Part shown: one piece after another, positions 46,201 through 58,565 of the stretch
Layout: every line of letters starts with the position of its first letter
Numbering within the stretch: position 1 is the first letter of the stretch
Assembly: GCA_050118435.1 (NCBI GenBank)
Contig: JASFKW010000003.1
Location: forward strand, 5,889 to 69,888
Length of the DNA stretch: 64,000 bases
Reading direction: 5' to 3'
DNA from: Gammaproteobacteria bacterium
Lineage (GTDB): Bacteria; Pseudomonadota; Gammaproteobacteria; DSM-19610
Notes under the pieces: model-generated
What the model was told of the DNA's origin: nothing
Seen by the model: only the letters and a program-made list of their open reading frames with translations
The model's database searches: none
Made by a program: the position numbers and the translations under genes

Positions 46201-46221
46201 ATATAGTCCGGGTCCAGAGCG

Positions 46222-46887
46222 ATGTCAAGAAATCAGGAACCCAAACAGGCCCTCTTCGAGCAGCTGGCGGTGGTAGCGCGCGCCATGGGAAGCGCGACGC
46301 GCCTTGAGCTGATCGATTTCCTCGCACAGGGCCAGCGCAACGTCGAGGAGCTCGCCCAGGTGGCGGGGTTGTCGGTGGCCAACACCTCCAAGCACCTGCA
46401 GCAGCTCAAGGCCGCGGGTCTGGTGGAGGCGCAACGCGACGGCAAACACGTCCGTTACCGCCTCTCGGACGAGCGCGTGCTCGATGCCATCGGCGATCTG
46501 CGGGCGCTGGCCGAAGCGCGCCTCGAACGGGTGGGCGAGCTGGTGGTGAGCTACCTGCGCAGCCGCGACGCGCTTGAGCCGGTTCCCGCCACGGAGCTGC
46601 TGGAGCGGGCACGGCGTGGACTGGTCACCGTGGTCGACGTGCGCCCGCCCGAGGAGTACGCGCAGGGGCACATCGCGGGGGCGCTCAACATTCCGCTGGA
46701 TCAGCTCAAGCGGCGCCTCAGGGAGCTACCGCACGACCGGGAGATCGTCGCCTACTGCCGCGGTCCCTGGTGCGTGCTGTCTTTCGAGGCGGTGGCGCGA
46801 CTGCGCAAGGCGGGTATGGAGGCCCGGCGCCTCGAGGACGGACTCCCGGAGTGGCGGCGGGCGGGACTGCCGGTCGAATCTGACTGA
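46222..46887 (+). CDS. ArsR/SmtB-family transcriptional regulator fused to a rhodanese domain
   Basis: wHTH block RLELIDFLAQGQRNVEELAQVAGLSVANTSKHLQQLKAAGLV. C-terminal VVDVRPPEEYAQGHIAGALNIP...AYCRGPWC. Confidence 0.8.
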   Translation: MSRNQEPKQALFEQLAVVARAMGSATRLELIDFLAQGQRNVEELAQVAGLSVANTSKHLQQLKAAGLVEAQRDGKHVRYRLSDERVLDAIGDLRALAEARLERVGELVVSYLRSRDALEPVPATELLERARRGLVTVVDVRPPEEYAQGHIAGALNIPLDQLKRRLRELPHDREIVAYCRGPWCVLSFEAVARLRKAGMEARRLEDGLPEWRRAGLPVESD

Positions 46888-47166
46888 GACCGTGCGCGGC
46901 AGATGCATGCGGCTGATGCTCCCGTCGCGTCCCGTGCGATTGAGCTGGCGCTGTGATCATTTGGCTCACTAGGCTGCCCGGATCTACAGGCACTTCCAGC
47001 GCACGGCCGCCTTTTTTTTGGGGCCTGCGCAAGCCATTCGTCGACGAGCCTGAGCGGGATACGATCCCGTGATCAGATAACCCGCGTTTCAGGCTCTTGA
47101 CGGAGAATTGGCGCCAGCCAATGGCCACGCCCGCGCTGGATGGGATCCAGGAGGTCGGAGACGAAG

Positions 47167-48513
47167 CTACTTTCCGATGCAGAAGCCGGCGAATATCTGC
47201 CCCAGGAGGTCGTCGCTGGAGAATTCGCCCGTGATCTCGGAGAGCTTGCGCTGGGCCCGGGCGAGCTCTTCTGCCAGCAGCTCGCTCGTGCCGGCCGCCA
47301 GCTGATCCTGCGCCGCGCCGAGGGCGGTCGCCGCCTGCCGCAGCGCGTCCAGATGGCGCCGTCGGGCACTGAATCCCCCCGCGGCCGCTTCGGTGTACCC
47401 CATGACCTGCTTGAGGTGTGCCCGCAACGGGTCGACCCCCACAGCCGTGAGGGCGCTCAAGGCGACTTCGGCGTTGTCACCGTCGGCCTGCAGCCGCGGC
47501 GGGCGCCCGCTGAGGTCGATCTTGTTGAACACCAGGATGTGCGGCAGGTCGTGGGGCAGGCGGTCGAGGATCGCCTGGTCCGCCGGGGTGAACCCTTTCT
47601 GGTCGTCGATCAGCAGCAGCAGGCGGTCGGCCTGCTCGATCTGGGCCCAGGCGCGCCTCACACCCTCCTGCTCGATGAGATCACCGCTGTCGCGTAGCCC
47701 GGCGGTATCGATGATGTGCAGCGGCATGCCGTCGATCTGGATGTGCTCTCTAAGCACATCGCGCGTGGTGCCCGCGAGCGGTGTGACGATCGCCGCTTCC
47801 CGGCCGGCGAGCACATTCAACAGGCTGGATTTGCCCGCGTTGGGCTGACCGGCAATCACGAGGGTCATACCTTCCCGCAGTACCTGGCCGCGGTGTGCCT
47901 CGGCCTGCACCTTCTCGAGCTCTTCGACCACGGCCGCGAGACGGGCCTGCACCTGCCCGTCGCTGATGAAATCGATGTCCTCGTCGGGAAAGTCGATGGA
48001 CGCTTCGACATAGCTGCGGAGCTCGATCAGCGCGTCGACCAGCCGGTGCACGCGCCGCGAAAACTCACCCTGCAGCGAGCGGCTCGCGGCCCGTGCCGCC
48101 TGTACGGTGGTGCTGTCGATGAGGTCGGCAATCGCCTCGGCCTGGGCGAGGTCCAGCTTATCATTGAGAAACGCCCGCTCGGAAAACTCGCCCGGCCGCG
48201 CCTGCCGGGCTCCGAGGGCCAGCACGCGCGCCAGCAGCCTGTCGAGCACCACCGGTCCGCCGTGGGCCTGCAGCTCGAGCACGTGCTCGCCGGTGAAGGA
48301 GTGGGGGGCATCAAAATAGAGCGCGAGGCCGGTATCGATTATCTCGCCCCCGAGGGTGCGGAAGCGGTGCAGACCGGCGAGCCTCGGCACCGGCAGCGCG
48401 CCGAGCAGCTGCCGCGCGATGCCCGGCACCTCCGGCCCGGAAATCCGGATTACGCCGATGCCGCCGCGTCCCGGGGGCGTCGCCAGCGCGGCGATGGTGT
48501 CGGTATCGTGCAT
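47167..48513 (-). CDS. mnmE: tRNA modification GTPase MnmE (TrmE)
   Basis: 448 aa. Motifs [35 protein letters not shown]-terminal FCIGK. Confidence 0.95.
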   Translation of the reverse strand: MHDTDTIAALATPPGRGGIGVIRISGPEVPGIARQLLGALPVPRLAGLHRFRTLGGEIIDTGLALYFDAPHSFTGEHVLELQAHGGPVVLDRLLARVLALGARQARPGEFSERAFLNDKLDLAQAEAIADLIDSTTVQAARAASRSLQGEFSRRVHRLVDALIELRSYVEASIDFPDEDIDFISDGQVQARLAAVVEELEKVQAEAHRGQVLREGMTLVIAGQPNAGKSSLLNVLAGREAAIVTPLAGTTRDVLREHIQIDGMPLHIIDTAGLRDSGDLIEQEGVRRAWAQIEQADRLLLLIDDQKGFTPADQAILDRLPHDLPHILVFNKIDLSGRPPRLQADGDNAEVALSALTAVGVDPLRAHLKQVMGYTEAAAGGFSARRRHLDALRQAATALGAAQDQLAAGTSELLAEELARAQRKLSEITGEFSSDDLLGQIFAGFCIGK

Positions 48514-48533
48514 GGCGAAGCCACCTACGCCGG

Positions 48534-48556
48534 CTAGTACTCTTGCAATATGGTAT
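48534..48556. repeat. second copy of the CTAGTACTCTTGCAATATG(A/G)TAT motif
   Basis: 22 of 23 identical to 23113..23135. Lies in the 56-bp yidC-mnmE spacer, 20 nt upstream of the mnmE ATG. Here it overlaps a TGCAATA-tgg-TATTGCA palindrome. Confidence 0.55.
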
Positions 48557-48569
48557 TGCAGGAGCAGGC

Positions 48570-50210
48570 TCAGGTGGCAGCCTGCTCCACTCGCCTGGTG
48601 ATCACGTATTGCTGAGCGATGGACAGCGTGTTATTCACCACCCAGTATAGAACCAGTCCCGCGGGGAAGAAGGCGAAAAAGACCGTGAACACGACCGGCA
48701 GAACCATCATCACCTTGGCCTGGATGGGATCCATGGGAGCCGGATTGAGCTTCTGCTGGATCAGCATGGTGGCGCCCATGATCAGCGGCAGCACGAAGTA
48801 GGGATCCCTCACGGAGAGATCGTTGATCCACAACATGAAGGGCGCCTGGCGCAGCTCGACGCTCTCGAGCAGCACCCAGTACAGGGCGATGAACACGGGG
48901 ATCTGCACCAGGATCGGAAGGCAACCGCCGAGCGGATTGATCTTCTCCTTCTTGTACATGTCCATCATCGCCTGATTCAGCTTCTGCTTGTCGTCGCCGT
49001 AGCGTTCCTTCAGTGCTTGCAGTCGCGGCGCCAGCTTGCGCATGTTAGCCATCGATTTGTAGCTGGCCTCCGAAAGCTTGAAGAACGCCAGCTTGATCAG
49101 TACCGTCAGCAGTATGATGGACCAGCCCCAGTTTCCGACCAAAGCGTGGATCTTCTCCAGGAGCCAGAAAATCGGTTTGGCGAGGAAGGTGAGCTTGCCG
49201 TAGTCGACCGTCAGCTCCAGGCCCGGCGCCACCTTTTCCATGACATGCTGGAGCTTGGGCCCGACGAACAGGCGGCTGGACGCCGTCTGCTCGGCACCGG
49301 GAGCGACGGCCAGCGGTGCACCGATCATGCCGATCACATAGCGCTCGCCCTTGAGCGCGCGGCTGTAGTAGCGCTCGGTCCCGTCGGCGGGAGGTACCCA
49401 GGCTGCGACGAAGTAGTGCTGGATCATGGCGGCCCATCCTCCGGTGACATCGCGACTGAGGTTCTCGTCGCTCATGTCATCAAAGCTGATCTTTTCGTAT
49501 TTTTCCTCGGGGCTGTAGAGCACACCGCCGGTGTAGGTGTACAGGAAGCGGGAGGTCTGCTGCAGCGGCGTGCGCTGCAGCTGATAATAAGGGCGCGCCG
49601 CCCAGGCCTCGCTGCCCCGGTTTGCAATCCGAAACTCCACCTCGACCACGTAGGTGCCGCGTCGGAATCGGTACAGCTTGGTGACCTCCACACCGCTCCC
49701 GTTAGTCCAGCGCAGGGGGACTTCCAACACATCGTCGGCCTCGCCGAGCTCGAAGCGCGTCTGGCTCACCGAATAGGGGGCGTGATGCGTCGGCTCGGGC
49801 TCGCTGCCGGCGCGCAGGCCGCTCTGTGCCACGAACAGCTGATCGGGGCTTTCCTCCAGCAGGCGGAACGGCTCGCTGTCCTTTTCACGGCTCTGCGGAT
49901 ACTGCAGCAAGTCAATCTGCTGCAGCTCGGCACCGCGGGTATCTATAACCGCATGGAATACATCGGTGAAAACGTCGACACGCTCGCCCTCCGGGAGCTG
50001 CACCGTAACCTCCCCGCCTGCAGACGGCAGCGGCTGGTCGGTTGGCGCGCTGGGAAGGTCCTCGGCGGGCGGTGCGGTGCCCTCCGGGGCGGTCTCGGCC
50101 GCCTCTTGCACCGGCTCGGGTTTGGGACCGTAGTCTTCCATCCACGCCTGCCAGATCAGGAGGACCAGAAAGGAGAGGGCGATTGCCAGTAAGACGCGCG
50201 GGTTATCCAT
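48570..50210 (-). CDS. yidC: membrane protein insertase YidC
   Basis: Trimmed to ATG 50210 ([23 protein letters not shown]). Conserved C-terminal block [19 protein letters not shown]. Confidence 0.95.
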   Translation of the reverse strand: MDNPRVLLAIALSFLVLLIWQAWMEDYGPKPEPVQEAAETAPEGTAPPAEDLPSAPTDQPLPSAGGEVTVQLPEGERVDVFTDVFHAVIDTRGAELQQIDLLQYPQSREKDSEPFRLLEESPDQLFVAQSGLRAGSEPEPTHHAPYSVSQTRFELGEADDVLEVPLRWTNGSGVEVTKLYRFRRGTYVVEVEFRIANRGSEAWAARPYYQLQRTPLQQTSRFLYTYTGGVLYSPEEKYEKISFDDMSDENLSRDVTGGWAAMIQHYFVAAWVPPADGTERYYSRALKGERYVIGMIGAPLAVAPGAEQTASSRLFVGPKLQHVMEKVAPGLELTVDYGKLTFLAKPIFWLLEKIHALVGNWGWSIILLTVLIKLAFFKLSEASYKSMANMRKLAPRLQALKERYGDDKQKLNQAMMDMYKKEKINPLGGCLPILVQIPVFIALYWVLLESVELRQAPFMLWINDLSVRDPYFVLPLIMGATMLIQQKLNPAPMDPIQAKVMMVLPVVFTVFFAFFPAGLVLYWVVNNTLSIAQQYVITRRVEQAAT

Positions 50211-50463
50211 GAGAGTGCGTTTTTTCGTGTTCTGAACAGTGTCCACCGAGGCGCTCGGGGACCGGATCGATCCCGCCCTCGTGCCAGGGATGGCAGCAGG
50301 CGATGCGTCGGACCGCGAGCCATCCGCCACGGCGCAGCCCGAACCTTTCAATGGCCGTTAAGGCGTACTGCGAGCAGCTCGGCGTGAAACGGCAATGGTT
50401 GCCAAGCCAGGGGCTGATCGCCAGGCGATAGGTCTTAATCAGTATCAGGGCCAGTGTGCGCAT
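50203..50463 (-). CDS. yidD: membrane protein insertion efficiency factor YidD
   Basis: ATG 50463 ([34 protein letters not shown]). Overlaps the rnpA 3' end and the yidC start. Confidence 0.8.
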   Translation of the reverse strand: MRTLALILIKTYRLAISPWLGNHCRFTPSCSQYALTAIERFGLRRGGWLAVRRIACCHPWHEGGIDPVPERLGGHCSEHEKTHSHG

Positions 50464-50815
50464 GGCTCGCAATTGTACGCCAATGATTCTGCAGCGCGTC
50501 GAACACCTGCGCATTGCTGCGGGCAGCGATTCCCGGCCGCACCAGGACCACCAGGTCCCAGCCGACCAACATGTCCTGATGCTGGCGGAAGCTTTCGCGT
50601 ATCAGCCGCTTGATGCGGTTACGCGGTGCCGCGCCTCCGGCGTTGCGGATCGACACCGTTGTTCCCAGCCGGGCGTATCCGAGCAAGTTCGGTATCGCCA
50701 GCACGCTCATGTAGCGATCGGAAGCCTTGCACTTGCACTGCCGGAAGACCTTCTGGTACTGGGTCGCGGCACGCAGGCGGTGCGTGCGGGGATAACGCCC
50801 GGTAGCGCCGGTCAA
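50435..50815 (-). CDS. rnpA: ribonuclease P protein component
   Basis: 126 aa, basic. [12 protein letters not shown] motif. TTG start. Directly downstream of rpmH. Confidence 0.85.
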   Translation of the reverse strand: MTGATGRYPRTHRLRAATQYQKVFRQCKCKASDRYMSVLAIPNLLGYARLGTTVSIRNAGGAAPRNRIKRLIRESFRQHQDMLVGWDLVVLVRPGIAARSNAQVFDALQNHWRTIASHAHTGPDTD

Positions 50816-50824
50816 GGAGGCGGA

Positions 50825-50959
50825 TCAGACCGCCAGTTGTGCGCGGCCCTTGGCCCTTCGGGCCTTGATGATCAGGCGACCGTTCTTGGTCCGCATCCGG
50901 GCACGGAAACCGTGAGCACGCTTGCGCTTCAGGTTGCTTGGCTGGAAAGTTCTCTTCAT
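50825..50959 (-). CDS. rpmH: 50S ribosomal protein L34
   Basis: Not in the ORF track (under 60 aa). My manual translation is [44 protein letters not shown]. Confidence 0.9.
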   Translation of the reverse strand: MKRTFQPSNLKRKRAHGFRARMRTKNGRLIIKARRAKGRAQLAV

Positions 50960-51086
50960 GGTGCAATCCGTTCCGAAGAAAAAAGATGGATAACCCGCAG
51001 CTTGCGGCCAAAAACAGGTCGCGCAGGGTACTGGTTTTACCCCCGCGCTGTCAACCGCGGCGTTCGTAGCCGACCGGCCATGGAGT

Positions 51087-51095
51087 TGTGGATAA
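51087..51095. promoter_or_regulatory. perfect DnaA box (TGTGGATAA) in the rpmH-dnaA spacer
   Basis: Exact reverse complement of TTATCCACA. A weaker GATGGATAA lies at 50985..50993. Confidence 0.6.
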
Positions 51096-51166
51096 GCGCC
51101 CTTTTCGAGGTTAGACTGACGGGCCTTTGGGAAGGGGGCCGGTCGTCGACCGGGCAGGGGGGATCG

Positions 51167-52528
51167 TTGCAGGACTCACTTTGGCAGCAATGTCTGACGC
51201 ATCTCGAGAACGAGCTGCCCGAGCAGCAGTTCAACACCTGGATCCGGCCGCTGCACGCGGTCGAAACCGGCCAGGCGCTGAAACTGCTGGCGCCCAACCG
51301 CTTCGTCCTGGATTGGGTCAGAGAGCATTACATCGGCAGCATCCAGACCACCCTAGAAAGCCTCAGCGACCGGCAGCCGCTGCGCGTCGAGCTGCAGATC
51401 GGCTCGGTTCGCCCCCCCACCGAGGAGCACCCGGAGAGCGCCACGCGAATGCCGGCCGGCGGTGCGCAGCGCAGGAACGATCGGCGCCGAGAGAAACGGG
51501 AGCTGCCGCGCAGTAATCTGAACGCAGGATTTACCTTTGGCAGCTTCGTTGAGGGCAAGTCGAATCAGCTGGCCCGGGCCGCCTCCATGCAGGTGGCCGA
51601 GAATCCTGGTGAGGCCTACAACCCTCTGTTCATTTACGGCGGGGTGGGGTTGGGCAAGACGCACCTCATGCAGGCCATCGGAAATCTGATTGTCGCCAAG
51701 CGGCCCGGCGCCCAGGTTGCCTACCTGCACTCCGAGCGTTTTGTCGCCGACATGGTGAAGGCCCTGCAGCACAATGCGATCAACGAGTTCAAACGCTATT
51801 ATCGCTCGGTCGATGCGCTGCTGATCGACGACATTCAGTTCTTTGCCGGCAAGGAAAGGTCACAGGAGGAATTCTTCCATACCTTCAACGCGCTGCTCGA
51901 AGGACAGAGCCAGGTCATTCTGACCTGCGACCGTTATCCCAAGGAGGTTCACGGGCTGGAGGAGCGATTGAAATCGCGCTTCGGCTGGGGGTTGACGGTT
52001 GCCATCGAGCCCCCGGAGCTGGAGACGCGCGTAGCCATCCTGGTGAACAAGGCCTCCCAGGCAAAGATCGAGCTCCCGAACGACGTCGCTTTCTTCATCG
52101 CCAAACGGATTCACTCCAACGTGCGCGAGCTTGAGGGCGCGCTGCGGCGGGTCATTGCCAGCGCCCGGTTCACCGGGCGTACCATCGACCTGAAGTTCGC
52201 CAAGGAAGCGCTGCGGGATCTGCTGGCGCTGCAGGACAAGCTGGTCTCCATTGACAACATTCAGAAGACGGTGGCCGGTTATTACAAGATCCGGGTGGCC
52301 GACCTGCTGTCGGCGCGACGCACGCGCTCGATCACGCGACCGCGGCAGATCGCCATGGCCCTGGCCAAGGAGCTCACCAGCCACAGCCTGCCAGAGATCG
52401 GGGAGGCCTTCGGGGGGCGGGACCATACCACCGTCCTGCACGCCTGCCGCAAAATCAGCGAGCTGAAGGAATCGGACACCCGGATTGCCGAGGACTACAG
52501 CAACCTGTGGAGATTTCTCACCACATGA
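51167..52528 (+). CDS. dnaA: chromosomal replication initiator DnaA
   Basis: TTG 51167 preceded by AGGGGGG gives (M)[28 protein letters not shown], which aligns with the E. coli N-terminus MSLSLWQQCL. AAA+ motif [10 protein letters not shown]. An alternative ATG at 51080 would put the DnaA box inside the CDS. Confidence 0.93.
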   Translation: MQDSLWQQCLTHLENELPEQQFNTWIRPLHAVETGQALKLLAPNRFVLDWVREHYIGSIQTTLESLSDRQPLRVELQIGSVRPPTEEHPESATRMPAGGAQRRNDRRREKRELPRSNLNAGFTFGSFVEGKSNQLARAASMQVAENPGEAYNPLFIYGGVGLGKTHLMQAIGNLIVAKRPGAQVAYLHSERFVADMVKALQHNAINEFKRYYRSVDALLIDDIQFFAGKERSQEEFFHTFNALLEGQSQVILTCDRYPKEVHGLEERLKSRFGWGLTVAIEPPELETRVAILVNKASQAKIELPNDVAFFIAKRIHSNVRELEGALRRVIASARFTGRTIDLKFAKEALRDLLALQDKLVSIDNIQKTVAGYYKIRVADLLSARRTRSITRPRQIAMALAKELTSHSLPEIGEAFGGRDHTTVLHACRKISELKESDTRIAEDYSNLWRFLTT

Positions 52529-52714
52529 TGTGGAAAACCGGTGCACAAATTTCTCGGAAAAAAGTTTTCCGATATTATCCACAGCAGATCCACAGCTTGC
52601 GGCGCTTTTACCCTCGTGCCGCATACACATATAACTATCTGAAAAATAATAGAATATTAAAGTATTTCAACAGGCGTGAGCGGCCCTAAATACAGCTACC
52701 AAGGATAAGTGTTA
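52529..52714. other. candidate oriC / DnaA-box cluster with an AT-rich unwinding stretch (dnaA-dnaN spacer)
   Basis: TGTGGAAAA (52529..52537, 8/9), perfect TTATCCACA (52575..52583), AGATCCACA (52586..52594, 7/9). About 45 nt of strongly AT-rich DNA at 52629..52672. The coding-strand switch occurs here. Confidence 0.45.
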
Positions 52715-53815
52715 ATGAAATTCACTATTGACCGAGAGTCTTTGCTCAAACCCCTGCAGCAGGTCATCGGCGTTGTCGAGCGTCGCCAGACGCTGCCGGT
52801 CCTGGGCAACCTGCTGATCGTCGCGAGCCCCGACGGTCTACAGATGACGGCGACCGATTTGGAGGTCGAGATCCAAGCCCGGGTTAATCTCGAAGTCAAG
52901 CAGGCGGGCGAAGTTACACTGCCGGCGCGGAAATTCCTGGACATCTGCAAGGCGTTGCCGGAAGGAGCGCTGATCGAGGTGTCCGTTCGTGAACAGAAGG
53001 CCCAGATTCGGTCGGGTAAGAGCCGTTTTACCCTCACGACCCTGCCCGCTGCGGATTTTCCCGTCGTCGAGCATATCCAGGGCGATTGTCGGTTTTCGAT
53101 CGCCCAAAACAAGCTCAAAGAGCTCATCGACCGGACGCAGTTTTCGATGGCGCAGCAGGATGTGCGCTATTACCTCAACGGACTCATGATCGAGATCGGG
53201 GATGACTCGGTGCGCGCGGTCGCGACCGACGGACACCGGCTGGCTCTGTGCGATATGCCGGTCGACATCGACGCTGCCGCCGCCCGTCAGGTCATCGTGC
53301 CGCGCAAGGGTATCCAGGAGCTCCAGCGGCTGCTCGAGGAGACCAAGGCACCGGTGGACGTCGAAATTGGCAGCAATCACCTTCGGGCACGCACCGGCGA
53401 GGTCTGTCTGACGTCCAAGCTGGTGGACGGCCGATTCCCGGATTACGAGCGCGTGCTGCCCAAGGGCGGTGACAAGCAGGTCATCGCAAACCGGGAGCTG
53501 TTTCGCCAGGCCTTGTCGCGCACCTCGATCCTCTCGAACGAAAAGTATCGCGGGATCCGGCTCTATCTCAACACCGACAATGTAAAAATCCAGGCGCACA
53601 ACCCGGATCAGGAAGAGGCTGACGAGGAATTCGAGGTCAGCTACCAGGGAGACGGCCTGGAAATCGGCTTCAACGTAACTTATCTGCTCGACGTGCTGTC
53701 CGCGGTGCGCAGCGACGACGTCGAACTCACCCTCAGCGACTCGAACAGCAGTTGTCTCATACGCCAGCCCGGCACGGAGCAATACCGCTATGTGGTAATG
53801 CCCATGCGGCTCTAG
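52715..53815 (+). CDS. dnaN: DNA polymerase III beta sliding clamp
   Basis: ATG 52715 (MKFTIDRESLLKPLQQV). 366 aa. C-terminus YVVMPMRL. Confidence 0.95.
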   Translation: MKFTIDRESLLKPLQQVIGVVERRQTLPVLGNLLIVASPDGLQMTATDLEVEIQARVNLEVKQAGEVTLPARKFLDICKALPEGALIEVSVREQKAQIRSGKSRFTLTTLPAADFPVVEHIQGDCRFSIAQNKLKELIDRTQFSMAQQDVRYYLNGLMIEIGDDSVRAVATDGHRLALCDMPVDIDAAAARQVIVPRKGIQELQRLLEETKAPVDVEIGSNHLRARTGEVCLTSKLVDGRFPDYERVLPKGGDKQVIANRELFRQALSRTSILSNEKYRGIRLYLNTDNVKIQAHNPDQEEADEEFEVSYQGDGLEIGFNVTYLLDVLSAVRSDDVELTLSDSNSSCLIRQPGTEQYRYVVMPMRL

Positions 53816-53846
53816 CACCGGCCCGAGGGCCAGCTCCCGCCGCTCA

Positions 53847-54929
53847 ATGCTCATAGAAACGCTCTCGGTCGATCGGTTTCGCAACCTCGAGCCGATCACA
53901 GTCTCCTGTTCACCGCAACTCAACGTTTTCACGGGTCCCAACGCCGCGGGGAAAACCAGTCTTCTGGAGTCGCTCTATATCCTGGGCCGCGGGCGGTCCT
54001 TTCGCACCACTGACCTTCGCAAGGCCATACGCACCGGCGCGAAACAGTTCGAGGTCGTCGCCCGGGTTCTGGCAGACGGCGAGCGCCGCATCCCTGTCGG
54101 CATCCGCCAGACAGAAAAGCAGCTGCTGGCCAGAATCGAGGGCCGGCCAGTGAGAAGATTATCGGATCTGGCGGCGCTTTTTCCGGTTCAGTGGCTCGGC
54201 GGAAATCTGCACCGGCTGATCGAGGACGGCCCCGGCTATCGGCGACAATACCTGGACTGGGGGCTGTTCCACGTGAAACAGGGGTACGGCCCCGTCTGGC
54301 AACGCTACCAGCGACTGCTCAAGCAGCGAAACGCGGTGCTGCGGGCTCGACGGCCGGCCCCGGAGATCAGGGCTTGGGATGCCGAGCTCATAAACGCCGG
54401 TGAAGCGCTGCACCGGTTCCGGGTCGACTACGTAGCGGGGCTACGCGAGGTGATGCGCGCAGTCGCGCGGCACTTGGAAGGTATCGAGGTCGAGGTGCAG
54501 CTCTGCTACCGCTCCGGCTGGCGCAGCGGAGCCTCCTATGCCGAGGCTCTGGAGGCCGGTCTGGCGCTGGACCGGGACCAGGGTTATACCCGTCCCGGTC
54601 CGCACCGGGCCGACCTCGCGCTGTCGGTCGACGAAGGCGAGCCAAAATACCAGCTTTCGCGGGGACAGCAGAAGCTGCTGGTCATCGCCCTCAGGGTGAG
54701 TCAGGCCCGGCTGCTTCGCGAGAGCACCGGGAAACGCAGCCTGTTTCTGGTCGACGATCTGGGTTCCGAGCTCGACACAGAAAACCAGCGACAAACGATG
54801 GCACTCCTCGCCGCCCTTCAGGCGCAGGTGTTCGTCACGGCCATCGCTTTACCGGACATTGACGCCTGGGAGATGGCCGAGGTGAGGCGGTTCCACGTGA
54901 AACACGGAACGGTGTCAGAAATGGTATAA
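53847..54929 (+). CDS. recF: DNA replication and repair protein RecF
   Basis: 360 aa. Walker A GPNAAGKTSLLE. Signature LSRGQQKLLVIAL. Walker B LFLVDDLGSELD. Confidence 0.9.
   Translation: MLIETLSVDRFRNLEPITVSCSPQLNVFTGPNAAGKTSLLESLYILGRGRSFRTTDLRKAIRTGAKQFEVVARVLADGERRIPVGIRQTEKQLLARIEGRPVRRLSDLAALFPVQWLGGNLHRLIEDGPGYRRQYLDWGLFHVKQGYGPVWQRYQRLLKQRNAVLRARRPAPEIRAWDAELINAGEALHRFRVDYVAGLREVMRAVARHLEGIEVEVQLCYRSGWRSGASYAEALEAGLALDRDQGYTRPGPHRADLALSVDEGEPKYQLSRGQQKLLVIALRVSQARLLRESTGKRSLFLVDDLGSELDTENQRQTMALLAALQAQVFVTAIALPDIDAWEMAEVRRFHVKHGTVSEMV
54265..54280. promoter_or_regulatory. parS-like centromere palindrome (15 of 16 symmetric)
   Basis: TGTTCCACGTGAAACA. Half-sites TGTTCCAC / TGTTTCAC, compared with the remembered consensus TGTTNCACGTGAAACA. 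Lies inside recF. Confidence 0.55.
54889..54904. promoter_or_regulatory. second, weaker parS-like site
   Basis: GGTTCCACGTGAAACA, 14 of 16 to the TGTTTCACGTGAAACA form. Lies in the 3' end of recF. Confidence 0.4.
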
Positions 54930-57377
<2,448 letters not shown>

Positions 57378-57397
57378 CCGGTGTGAGATCGGGCGGC

Positions 57398-58147
57398 TCA
57401 GCTCCGTGAGGGCCGGGTGTCGTGCTGCTGTCTGGGCACCGTGGTGATCCTGGCCATCTCGGTTTCGATCCAGTCTTCCGCCTCGGCAAGGATCTGCTGG
57501 GGGGTCTTGTTATCGGTGGTGATCGGCGGGCCGATGCGGACCTGGATCACTCCCGGACGTTTGATGAAGGAGCGGCGCGGCCAGTACTCACCGGCGTTGT
57601 GAGCCACGGGTGTGACCGGACGGCCCGTGCGGGCGGCCAGCACCGCGCCGCCGATCCTGTAGTGACCCCGTGTCCCGGGATCCACCCGGGTGCCTTCGGG
57701 AAAGATGATGATCCAGTGGCCTCTCGCCAGCCGGTCGCGGCCCTGCTCGACGAGCTGATCCACCGCCTTCCTGCCCGCGCCGCGATTCAGCGCGATCGGC
57801 TGCATCATGTAGGCGCCCCAGCCGAAGAACGGAATCCACATCAGCTCCCGCTTGATGACCCAGGACTGGGGCGTGAACCAGAAGTTGAGGGTCAGTGTCT
57901 CCCAGGTGGACTGATGCTTGGAGAACACGATGCCGGCCTGCGCCGGGATGTTCTCCAGTCCCCGCACCTCATAGGCCAGGTCGCAGGTGATGCGCAGCCA
58001 GCGCTCGACGAGCTTCGGCCAGAGCCGTGCGACCGCGAAGCGCTTTTCCAGGGGAACCGGGAATGTGAGCAACAGCAGCAGCGCAAATACAGGGATCGAC
58101 AGCGCGAACAGGATCCAGAACAGCAATGACCGGATGAAGAGTCCCAT
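57398..58147 (-). CDS. plsC: 1-acyl-sn-glycerol-3-phosphate acyltransferase family protein
   Basis: N-terminal TM segment. Acyltransferase blocks HQSTWE and FPEGTR. Confidence 0.75.
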   Translation of the reverse strand: MGLFIRSLLFWILFALSIPVFALLLLLTFPVPLEKRFAVARLWPKLVERWLRITCDLAYEVRGLENIPAQAGIVFSKHQSTWETLTLNFWFTPQSWVIKRELMWIPFFGWGAYMMQPIALNRGAGRKAVDQLVEQGRDRLARGHWIIIFPEGTRVDPGTRGHYRIGGAVLAARTGRPVTPVAHNAGEYWPRRSFIKRPGVIQVRIGPPITTDNKTPQQILAEAEDWIETEMARITTVPRQQHDTRPSRS

Positions 58148-58218
58148 GGGCGGCCGTGTCCGTCGGTCCGGGTATCAGGCGTGTGTCCTTGAGGCAGGGC
58201 GATTGGTCGCTGGCGGGA

Positions 58219-58557
58219 TCAGCCCATGTCCCGAAACTCGGATACCCTGATGCGTCCGTCGACCATCCGCGACTCGCGCTGCATGAGCTGTTCCATCTTG
58301 CGCCAGAACGCCCCGCGCAGATCGAAATCGGCCGCGATGGCGGTGCCGATCAGCAGGATGAACAGATCGGCGACCTCTTCGGCGAGCTTGTCCTTGCCTT
58401 TGCCCTTGGTCACGCACGCGGAGATCTCGCCGAGCTCCTCCGCCATCAGCGCCAGACGGTAGGTCAGCTCTTCGCCGCCGGTATTCCTGAAATCGTGTTT
58501 GTCATGGAATGCCTTGACCGATTCCAGCATGGCCTGGTAGGAGTCACTGTGCTGCAT
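58219..58557 (-). CDS. small MazG-like nucleotide pyrophosphohydrolase-domain protein
   Basis: ATG 58557 (MQHSDSYQAML). Paired acidic helices MAEELGEIS and LAEEVADLFILLIG. Confidence 0.65.
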   Translation of the reverse strand: MQHSDSYQAMLESVKAFHDKHDFRNTGGEELTYRLALMAEELGEISACVTKGKGKDKLAEEVADLFILLIGTAIAADFDLRGAFWRKMEQLMQRESRMVDGRIRVSEFRDMG

Positions 58558-58565
58558 ACGGCACC

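Noticed and set aside
46985-47030. GCGCACGGCCGCC-T8-GGGGCCTGCGC between the ArsR-rhodanese gene and mnmE, as a possible bidirectional terminator.
   Set aside because: The T-run sits in the loop rather than after the stem, and the stem is imperfect. This is not a canonical intrinsic terminator.
51080-51166. An upstream in-frame ATG (51080) as the dnaA start.
   Set aside because: It would add about 29 non-conserved residues and place the perfect DnaA box inside the CDS. The TTG at 51167 has a G-rich RBS and aligns with the canonical DnaA N-terminus.
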